DNA of 64,000 bases. It comes from an uncultured Gammaproteobacteria bacterium (GTDB lineage Bacteria > Patescibacteriota > Microgenomatia > Levybacterales > GWA1-39-11). Each line of letters begins with the position of its first letter. The first letter of the stretch is position 1. The DNA is taken from positions 17,847 through 81,846 of the forward strand of contig CAYRUR010000002.1 in the NCBI GenBank assembly GCA_964427615.1. Direction: 5' to 3'. The position numbers and the translations under genes were made by a program. Positions 56,710 to 64,000 of the stretch are shown in pieces. Below the pieces are notes generated by a model, which was not told the DNA's origin, did not search any database, and saw only the letters and a list, made by a program, of their open reading frames with translations.

Positions 56710-57870
56710 TTATTTCCCCTTATTTATACTCTGGATCAATTCAATAATTTCTGTATGATCTTTTTCAAGATTATGTTCTATTATTCGTTTTCCTAATCGC
56801 TCTGCACCCCACAAACGTATCACTCCTCCCTTTTGAGGGTCTATAATCTGCTCAACACAACGAGCAACTAAGTACTTGAATTCATGAGCCGAATTTCCAG
56901 GTGAAAAGATTTGATTTCCCCATCTCTCAAACTGAGCCTCTGTCACTTCTATTTCAAATCCCAATTTTCTGGCTCGTCTTTTATTCAGTGCATGAGATTT
57001 ATACAATAACGCGTTAGAGAACGTGATGTAATCAAGAGGACCAATACCAGGCAGATGAATACCTCTAGGGAAATTGTAATAATAATCAATACCGCACAGA
57101 AGCTTTCTCTTTTTGTCTTCTTTTTTCAGTTTTTGAAATATTTTAGAAATCTGGGTAATATTACGGGTCTCAGCGGAATTTAAAAGAATAGAAGTTTCTG
57201 GGAAAAAGTGATATATGCGCTTTATAATTTCTAAAAGATACGCTTCACTCATGCGCCATTTTTGAGAACCAAAAGGAAAAAAGGGCTCATTTTCAGGCTG
57301 TAAAATCACAAAAGAAGAAAGTTCTTTTTTAGAGTACATTGCTGTTAAAGCAGACAACAAGCTACCTAAATACTCATATGCCTTTTGAGCAATGTAATCT
57401 TCTGGCATAATAACAGCTCCCTTTGCTGGTAATGGAGTATTTTCTAACACAATCTGTGGAATATGTTCTTCCGGCCATCCAAATGTTTTGATAGGACCTA
57501 CATTCAGGCAAATTCTTACCTTATTTTTTATGCAGTAATCCAAAAATGGCTTGTAATAGGAGAGATCCGCATTTCCTTTTTTATCAACTGCTCTATTCCA
57601 CCGGATACCAAGACGAATATCTGTTATCAATAATTGCTTAACTAAAATATCCAGGATTTGCAGAGCTTCATGAGGTGTTTTTAAATACCTTTTATTTTCT
57701 CTTTCATACATCTGCTCTACCAATTCTGGAGAAAAAGACGTACCAATCCGCACTTTTTCTAGCTTTTTTTTATAAAATGCCACATAAGCATCTTGTGATA
57801 AGTCTGCTCTTTTATGTGTTCTGTATTGTCTGGGAATATTAAAAAACCAATCACTGAGTAAATCAAACAT
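56710..57870 (-). CDS. clan GH-A (GH5-like) glycoside hydrolase
   Basis: LQPENEP acid/base NEP motif in a TIM-barrel-sized protein (386 aa). Confidence 0.45.
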   Translation of the reverse strand: MFDLLSDWFFNIPRQYRTHKRADLSQDAYVAFYKKKLEKVRIGTSFSPELVEQMYERENKRYLKTPHEALQILDILVKQLLITDIRLGIRWNRAVDKKGNADLSYYKPFLDYCIKNKVRICLNVGPIKTFGWPEEHIPQIVLENTPLPAKGAVIMPEDYIAQKAYEYLGSLLSALTAMYSKKELSSFVILQPENEPFFPFGSQKWRMSEAYLLEIIKRIYHFFPETSILLNSAETRNITQISKIFQKLKKEDKKRKLLCGIDYYYNFPRGIHLPGIGPLDYITFSNALLYKSHALNKRRARKLGFEIEVTEAQFERWGNQIFSPGNSAHEFKYLVARCVEQIIDPQKGGVIRLWGAERLGKRIIEHNLEKDHTEIIELIQSINKGK

Positions 57871-57905
57871 AGATCCTCCTTTATGGAGGATAAGTATAGC
57901 AGATA

Positions 57906-58235
57906 CTAAATTTGGGGACGACTTGCAGGTCCTATGAGATGAAAATGCAGATGATCCACAATTTGTGCGCCACCACCATTTACCTCAATTTTATAGCCTC
58001 TTGTATCTAAATTATTTTCTTTGATAAGCATTTGTATTGCATTTTTAATAGCAATTAACACATCATTGTCTTCTTCTTGCAACTTATAAAACTCAGGAAT
58101 ATGCTTTTTAGGGATAATTAAAAGGTGAACTGGAGCAACAGGATGAATATCTTTGAAAGCAATTACCTTTTCATCTTCATATTGGATAGAAGCAGGAATT
58201 TCTCTGTTGATAATTTTACAAAAAATACAGTCCAT
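57906..58235 (-). CDS. HIT-family (histidine triad) hydrolase
   Basis: HxHxHxx motif VDHLHFHLIG. 109 aa. Confidence 0.85.
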   Translation of the reverse strand: MDCIFCKIINREIPASIQYEDEKVIAFKDIHPVAPVHLLIIPKKHIPEFYKLQEEDNDVLIAIKNAIQMLIKENNLDTRGYKIEVNGGGAQIVDHLHFHLIGPASRPQI

Positions 58236-58285
58236 TTCTTAAATTAGTCTAACCAAAATTGACTTTTTATGCAAGAATTCTCTTA

Positions 58286-58314
58286 TTTCAAAATTAACAA
58301 TCTTATAGTATAAT
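58286..58314 (+). promoter_or_regulatory. promoter TTTCAA-17-TATAAT, 6 nt upstream of the ATG (leaderless transcript)
   Basis: TATAAT at 58309-58314. ATG at 58321. No SD. Confidence 0.4.
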
Positions 58315-58320
58315 GCTGCT

Positions 58321-59274
58321 ATGTCGAGAATAGAAAATCCATACACACGAGGTGTAAGCGGATTTGAGATTTCAAGCTCAGGTCATTTATTTGACCCAGA
58401 ACAACTATTTGGCATTGTTAATCAGCTAAATATTAACACTCCTGAAGATAAGCAGCTAAAAATTGAACTCTATGCAACGCATCGGCTGCCTGGAATGGCA
58501 TATATTGAGGATATAAGAAAACGTGCTGGAATAGGACTTCCTATTCCTCCTCAGGTTGATGCTTCCTATGTAAAAGGAATGCAGGAGCAATATCCTCTTG
58601 CAAATGTATCACGAATACATGCACCTTTTACCTATAATACACAAGAGACTTTACAAAAACCCTTTGCTGAGAAAGGAATGGCAAAAGCAAGGAGTGTGCT
58701 ATACGCAGTCATTTTTGGGTCTGCAAAAAATATGCATGCGGTCGATGTAGCTCATGATCTTTCAACACCAGAACACCCAGTAGACCTTAATGCCCATGTT
58801 AATATCATCGAAGGATTTGCAAGGGACAACAGACTTGACGAACTGAGAAATCCTCATGCTCTCTTACTTGTAGAAAATGAAACGGAAAAGTCAGTTAATA
58901 ATGGTATTTCGACTCTAGACCCTCGCTATGTAGTTGAACAGGTAATCCTTCCCCATAATCTTGATGGACTTGTACATGGATATGACCATGACGCCAGTAA
59001 GTTTGCAGAACAGATGACAGACCCTCTTATCCAAAAGCACTTAAAATCTATTCACTTCGCAGATAAGGGACATAAAATGATGAATATTGATGACCCTAGA
59101 ATTGAACAGTTTATGAAAATACTTGCCAATATTCCTTTTGCCAAACCAGTAACTGTAACTTTTGATCTAAATCCTTTAGAAGTGGGCAAATTAACACCAA
59201 GAGCACAATTTGATTACATAAAAAGAGTAACTGAGAAAATGAGAAGGATACAAGAAGAAGAACAGGTTAGATAA
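58321..59274 (+). CDS. hypothetical protein, possibly xylose-isomerase-like TIM-barrel (sugar phosphate isomerase/epimerase / AP-endonuclease 2 fold)
   Basis: 317 aa. 'IHAPF' and 'LLVENE' blocks are reminiscent of that fold. Weak support. Confidence 0.3.
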   Translation: MSRIENPYTRGVSGFEISSSGHLFDPEQLFGIVNQLNINTPEDKQLKIELYATHRLPGMAYIEDIRKRAGIGLPIPPQVDASYVKGMQEQYPLANVSRIHAPFTYNTQETLQKPFAEKGMAKARSVLYAVIFGSAKNMHAVDVAHDLSTPEHPVDLNAHVNIIEGFARDNRLDELRNPHALLLVENETEKSVNNGISTLDPRYVVEQVILPHNLDGLVHGYDHDASKFAEQMTDPLIQKHLKSIHFADKGHKMMNIDDPRIEQFMKILANIPFAKPVTVTFDLNPLEVGKLTPRAQFDYIKRVTEKMRRIQEEEQVR

Positions 59275-60375
59275 TTATGCACCTATCTTAAATTCTATAA
59301 CGTCTCCATCCTGCACGATATATTCTTTTCCTTCCAGTCTTGCTTTGCCTAATTCACGAGCTTTTTTGCGACTCCCTGTCTCTATGTAGTCTGCAAATGA
59401 GATAACTTCTGCTTTAATAAATTTTTTAATAAAATCAGTGTGAATTGCTCCTGCTGCATTTTGTGCATTGATTCCTTTTTGAATAGTCCAGGCTTTTACT
59501 TCTTTCTCTCCTGCTGTCAAAAAGGAAATAAGTCCTAGTGTCTCATATGCCTTTGCAATCAGCCTTTCCAAGCCTGATTGCTGAAGTCCCAAATCATCTA
59601 AATACATAGCCTGCTCATCTGGGGTAAGAGCAGAAAGCTCTGCTTCTATTTTGGCACTTACTACTACAAATTTTTCTTTATCTACCCCTAGCCACTCTGC
59701 ATACTGATGTGTTAAATGCTCTATTCTGTCAGGAGTATAGTCAGCTTCTGTAACATTTAATACAATAATTTGTGGTTTTGAGGTGAGTAAAAATAGTTCT
59801 TTTACTCTTTCTCGTTCTTCATCTGTGAGGTCTATTTGGTATGCTGGTGTGCCTCTATTGAGTCCTGTATTTAATTTTTCTACTGCACTTGCCAGGACTT
59901 TATCAGTACGAAATGTTTTTTCATTTATCTTGCCAATTGTCTGCAGATCTGCCAGGATGAGTTCTGTAAGGATAGTCTCGTAGTCACTTCTTGGGTCTAC
60001 TGCACCTTCTTTGATAATATCAGGATCCATGAAGTCGCGCACAACATGGGCAATAACACTTACTTCTCTGATGTGGGATAAAAATTTATTTCCTAACCCT
60101 GCACCCTCTGCTGCACCTTTTACCAGTCCAGCAATATCCACAAATTCGACAGTTGCGTATTTAATAGGTGGTAATGCATTCATGCCCTCCTCTACCTTCG
60201 TAAGCTCTGCCAATTTTTCCAAGCGTACATCAGGAACAGGAACCACACCAACATTTGGCTCAATGGTTGCAAAAGGATAATTAGCAGCCAAAGCTGCTTG
60301 TTTTTTAAGAAGTGCGTTAAAAAGTGTGGATTTACCAACATTTGGTAATCCCACAATTCCTACAGATAAGTTCAT
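59275..60375 (-). CDS. ychF: ribosome-binding ATPase YchF
   Basis: GIVGLPNVGKSTLFNAL G1 motif. C-terminal TGS domain. 366 aa. Confidence 0.9.
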   Translation of the reverse strand: MNLSVGIVGLPNVGKSTLFNALLKKQAALAANYPFATIEPNVGVVPVPDVRLEKLAELTKVEEGMNALPPIKYATVEFVDIAGLVKGAAEGAGLGNKFLSHIREVSVIAHVVRDFMDPDIIKEGAVDPRSDYETILTELILADLQTIGKINEKTFRTDKVLASAVEKLNTGLNRGTPAYQIDLTDEERERVKELFLLTSKPQIIVLNVTEADYTPDRIEHLTHQYAEWLGVDKEKFVVVSAKIEAELSALTPDEQAMYLDDLGLQQSGLERLIAKAYETLGLISFLTAGEKEVKAWTIQKGINAQNAAGAIHTDFIKKFIKAEVISFADYIETGSRKKARELGKARLEGKEYIVQDGDVIEFKIGA

Positions 60376-60485
60376 AAAGGAGATTATACCAAGAAATAGT
60401 AATTTATGGAAAAAGAAAAGGCATCAACATAAATTGCCTGAGAGGTGGAAAAATAGAGAAAGATCACCTTTGTTATAATCAAGGA

Positions 60486-61076
60486 ATGATAAAGGCAATT
60501 ATTTTTGATGCAGACGGTGTTTTAATCAACGGAGAAATGTTTAGTGTCCCCCTGGCAAGAGATTACGGAATCTCAACCGATAAGACGCTGCCATTTTTTA
60601 CAGGAGTTTTTAAAGAATGTTTGATCGGTAACGCTGACCTTAAAGAAGCAATACAGCCATTTTTGAAAGAATGGGGTTGGGATAAATCGGTGGATGAATT
60701 CTTGGCTTATTGGTTTAAATCTGAACATAATGTTGACGAAAAATTAGTAATGTTTATACAAAAATTGAGAGAAAAAGGAATTAAATGTTATGTAGCCACA
60801 AACCAAGAAAAATACAGAGTACAGTACATGCTTAATGAGATGGGTTTTTCAAGATCATTTGATAAAGTCTATTCATCCGCTCATTTAGGTCATAAAAAAC
60901 CAAGTGTAGAATTCTATTCGAAAGTGTTTGCAGATTTAAATCTTACTGACAAAAAAGAGGTTTTATTTTGGGATAATACAGGTAAAAATGTAGAATCAGC
61001 AAAAGACTTTGGTATCAATGCTGAACTTTATACTTCCTTTGAAGATTTCGAAAAAAAGATTCAAGATTATCTCTAA
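60486..61076 (+). CDS. HAD-family hydrolase
   Basis: IIFDADGVL DxDGV motif I at the N-terminus. 196 aa. Confidence 0.75.
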   Translation: MIKAIIFDADGVLINGEMFSVPLARDYGISTDKTLPFFTGVFKECLIGNADLKEAIQPFLKEWGWDKSVDEFLAYWFKSEHNVDEKLVMFIQKLREKGIKCYVATNQEKYRVQYMLNEMGFSRSFDKVYSSAHLGHKKPSVEFYSKVFADLNLTDKKEVLFWDNTGKNVESAKDFGINAELYTSFEDFEKKIQDYL

Positions 61077-61123
61077 CTCTACTTAATATACTTTCTGAAA
61101 TATATACTATTTCTACGATAAAT

Positions 61124-61828
61124 TTATACTTTAAATTCCTTAGATAATTCTCTTATTCCATCTATAATTAAGCTACAGATAGAGACAGCATCAACATCTG
61201 TGTCCTCTATACAATAAAGCGTCGTAATATCTATTTGTGGATCTAGTCGAGGATCAAGACTTCCACTTATCTTTCCATTCACTATACTAAAATTCTGGTC
61301 TGGTATTCCGTTTATAGTCGTATTGTTTAAGTTTAACTCCTGGCTGACTATGTGAATACTTCCTCCTCCCAAAATAACATTGCTTATTTTTCTTTTCTTT
61401 TGAGGAATTAACCTTCTATGACCTAAATTAGATAATTCTCTCATTGTTTTTATCCATTCTTTACCTGAGTGATACGGTTGATATTTTTCAACTATTGAGA
61501 ACAAATCTGGATAATTTGTTTCTGGATCTTTTAACCCAAACCTTGAGAAATCTGCAACTAATTCGTCTCGTATCTCCCTTACAGGAAACATTACTTGTCG
61601 CTCGAATTTCTTAACCTCATCACTAGATAAATTTGGCACAATCTTCTTATTCCAATACCCAAATAGTATATTGTCTACTAACCGATTTGCCCTTGTAAGT
61701 ATATCTTGAGTGATGTTACGCACTTTTCCAGATACCTCAACACTATCTACCTCTTGTGTACAAAGGTTTTCTAATTCAGTTACCCTTTCAGATAAGTACT
61801 CTATTTGTTCCTTAATATCACTATTCAT
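61124..61828 (-). CDS. hypothetical protein (unknown function)
   Basis: ORF-track start 61858 is a TTG. The ATG at 61828 (MNSDIKEQIEYL...) is preferred. No recognisable domain. Confidence 0.45.
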   Translation of the reverse strand: MNSDIKEQIEYLSERVTELENLCTQEVDSVEVSGKVRNITQDILTRANRLVDNILFGYWNKKIVPNLSSDEVKKFERQVMFPVREIRDELVADFSRFGLKDPETNYPDLFSIVEKYQPYHSGKEWIKTMRELSNLGHRRLIPQKKRKISNVILGGGSIHIVSQELNLNNTTINGIPDQNFSIVNGKISGSLDPRLDPQIDITTLYCIEDTDVDAVSICSLIIDGIRELSKEFKV

Positions 61829-62093
61829 AACTTCTTTAAGTATACTGCATGAACCCAAACTACATAGCTAAGATCACATATAGCACTCTCTAAATAATGA
61901 GTCAATGAAAAGATTATAACAACAAATGGTAATTTATGGGAAAAAGAAATAATGTCAACCTAAATCACTTGGGAAACTAGACATTTCTCCATTTCCCCTC
62001 TTCGAGAGGCTACAGCATCCAAATTTGTGCACTTCAGAGATTATCAATTAGAAGATAAATGAAACTTCAAGAAATATCTGGCTGATTTAAAAC

Positions 62094-63371
62094 TTAAGAT
62101 GAATCCTCCCCCGATTTCTTAATTACTTCCGGCGGTAACATCATCCAACTACCTCTTTTTGCAGGAACTCTTCTAGTCATAGTCATACTGTCGACCGTAT
62201 CAGAGGGTGGTAATAAACCAATCAGAGGTTTCTGCTCATTTTGTTTCCTTTTCAATTCTTCAATTAACCCCTTATCATACTTTTTTTGTCTGCCCCAGCT
62301 TTGTCTGTGTGCTTTAGCGCTTTTGCGCCAAGAGGGTTTAAGGTGCTTATCGTAGAGCTTGCTAACAAGAGTATCCTGGTCATCGGGTGGATAAACAGCA
62401 AATTCCATTAAACCCCTTTCTTTTATCTTTTCTGGCAACTTTGTATAATATTGATTCAGTCTCTTTAAGTCTTCCTTTAAATCTATCCCTATAATAAAAC
62501 TCTGTTCATTTCCTACAAATAGTGGTACTGTCCGTGAGTGGAGTTTATCCGAAGATACAAAAACAGAACAAAATGGCAGATAGTATAAGTAAGAAATATC
62601 TATTTTATTCGAAGGGCGTTCTTTGGCAATCAGACTTTTATGTGCACACAAGTAAAAGAATAAATCTACTTTTAGAACATGAGCGGCATAGGGAGCAAAT
62701 TCCTCAAACGGCATAGGTCTTGTGCTATACCACCTTTTCAAAATAGGTCTTCTTACTTTCTCAGGAACATCAAGTATATTCAGGGCTAGGTGGATCAACT
62801 GGTTATACTTTCCTTTCACAAAACTATCCGCAAATCTTTTAACGTCCGCTAAGTTAGCAAGGCTTGTCTCTGAAGGAACAACACTTCTTGCCTGATCAAT
62901 CAGCGAGTCGAAATTCAGCTCGGTTAGAGATTTTCTCCAATCCTTAGCTACTTTCCGTTCTATTTCTAAAAATTCATACCTTTTCCACCTTTCAAGGGCA
63001 GCTGCTTCTGGAAACTGCTTGAAATCAACACTTATTTTACCCTCGGAAGTTACATTGTATTGACCCCCTCTTACTATTGGACGATGATGAGTAGACATTT
63101 CAACTTTTTCCCCCAGCAAATCATCTATAACCAGCGTTAAGTGAAATATGTTAGGCACAGAGTGCATAATTGGAGTTTTGTTGGCTAGTTCTCCCACAAT
63201 CTCCTCTGACGTACGAGGTACTTTCCCTTTTTTTCTTGCCTTTTCTAAATCTGCCAAAGTCTCAACATAAAAAATTGGCGTTATACTTGCCCAGAAGAAA
63301 TTATCAAACCAAACAGCCTCGTCTAATGTCAGACTCTCTAGGAATGATTTATCAAAAATAGTTGATAACAT
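62094..63371 (-). CDS. hypothetical protein (425 aa, unknown function)
   Basis: ATG start. Basic C-terminus. No recognisable motif by eye. Confidence 0.5.
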   Translation of the reverse strand: MLSTIFDKSFLESLTLDEAVWFDNFFWASITPIFYVETLADLEKARKKGKVPRTSEEIVGELANKTPIMHSVPNIFHLTLVIDDLLGEKVEMSTHHRPIVRGGQYNVTSEGKISVDFKQFPEAAALERWKRYEFLEIERKVAKDWRKSLTELNFDSLIDQARSVVPSETSLANLADVKRFADSFVKGKYNQLIHLALNILDVPEKVRRPILKRWYSTRPMPFEEFAPYAAHVLKVDLFFYLCAHKSLIAKERPSNKIDISYLYYLPFCSVFVSSDKLHSRTVPLFVGNEQSFIIGIDLKEDLKRLNQYYTKLPEKIKERGLMEFAVYPPDDQDTLVSKLYDKHLKPSWRKSAKAHRQSWGRQKKYDKGLIEELKRKQNEQKPLIGLLPPSDTVDSMTMTRRVPAKRGSWMMLPPEVIKKSGEDSS

Positions 63372-63518
63372 AATTACAATTTACTCTTATAAAAACTGCC
63401 CTATCTTAAAGGCAGTAGAACTAGTTAATAACAAAACTAATAACAATCCTCTCTAAGTCTCAATTTTATATGCATTAGCACTAGGTCAGCGCGAGTTTTT
63501 GTCCATTTTTAGACAAAT

Positions 63519-63866
63519 TCATTTAATTGTGTAATTACTAAGATTATTTGCCACTAAGATAGCATTCAACTGACCTTTATAGTCACTGTCATGGATAGTT
63601 GAATAAATTTCCTTGTTTTTGCCTATCCAATTCTTATAAGTAGCTTCAATTCTTGGTATACGAATACTTGCAAGCCCAGTTACGCTGTTTGCTTTTTTAA
63701 GAGCTTCTTCCAAATGTGAGAGAGCCTTTTCTACTTCAAGGTTGCCAATTTTCTTAATCGATGGTATTCCGTCTAAAGAAACATTAAATAAACCATCAGC
63801 ACGATTTTCTTGAATCATTTTTTGAGAATACTCAAACCTATCACCATTAAGTGTTCTATACAACAC
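63519..63866 (-). CDS. hypothetical protein (GTG start in the ORF track; possible ATG at about 63818)
   Basis: 115 aa, no motif recognised. Confidence 0.4.
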   Translation of the reverse strand: MLYRTLNGDRFEYSQKMIQENRADGLFNVSLDGIPSIKKIGNLEVEKALSHLEEALKKANSVTGLASIRIPRIEATYKNWIGKNKEIYSTIHDSDYKGQLNAILVANNLSNYTIK

Positions 63867-64000
63867 CTTGACGTTGATATCCTGTTTCCTCTTCGTAAAT
63901 AAATTGCTAGGGAAATTTAAACCCTTAAGAAGTAGGAGCTTGGTAAATTGTCTGTTGATATTGTTGACAGTATCGTTTATTTGAATACTTTCAACGATAA

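Overview
Low-GC bacterial chromosome segment, standard genetic code (TGA, TAA and TAG are all used as stops). Gene content suggests a small-genome, CPR/Patescibacteria-like host. This is inferred from the rpsF-ssb-rpsR and ybeY-rpsU clusters and from many small secreted or membrane hypotheticals. It has two parts. (1) 1-16.7 kb is a podovirus-like phage or prophage late region. It carries putative T7-like tail tubular A/B homologs, a 1903-aa internal virion protein with an HExxH motif, two tail-fibre-like proteins, a lysis cassette (amidase plus small TM proteins) and an HNH endonuclease. A divergently transcribed three-gene cassette of secreted Cys-rich and CAP-domain proteins interrupts it. 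The phage region is followed by about 1.65 kb of ORF-poor DNA holding palindromes, direct repeats and a strong promoter with a small ORF. (2) 18.3-64 kb is host housekeeping. Genes include yebC, a Kef-type antiporter, rluA-family, an MFS transporter, efp, pepA, tRNA-Leu(CAA), treS-like GH13, tRNA-Ala(CGC), dnaB, cysS, ctpA, rpsR-ssb-rpsF, htrA, a GDE-like glycosidase, hisS, rpmE, prfA-like RF1, a DHH phosphoesterase, proS, prs, ybaB, dnaX, ybeY, rpsU, a GH5-like hydrolase, a HIT protein, ychF and a HAD hydrolase. A cluster of unknown same-strand genes sits at 61-64 kb. The most striking non-genic signal is a modular family of quasi-tandem 'word' repeats (taag-, ctaaat-, cttaattc-, ttctgtt-, aactcgttaactc-type) with embedded GTCAT...ATGAC hairpin elements. 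It fills nearly every intergenic region longer than about 150 bp. No CRISPR array or rRNA is present. Coordinates I derived by hand (tRNAs, motifs, promoters) may be off by 1-2 nt.
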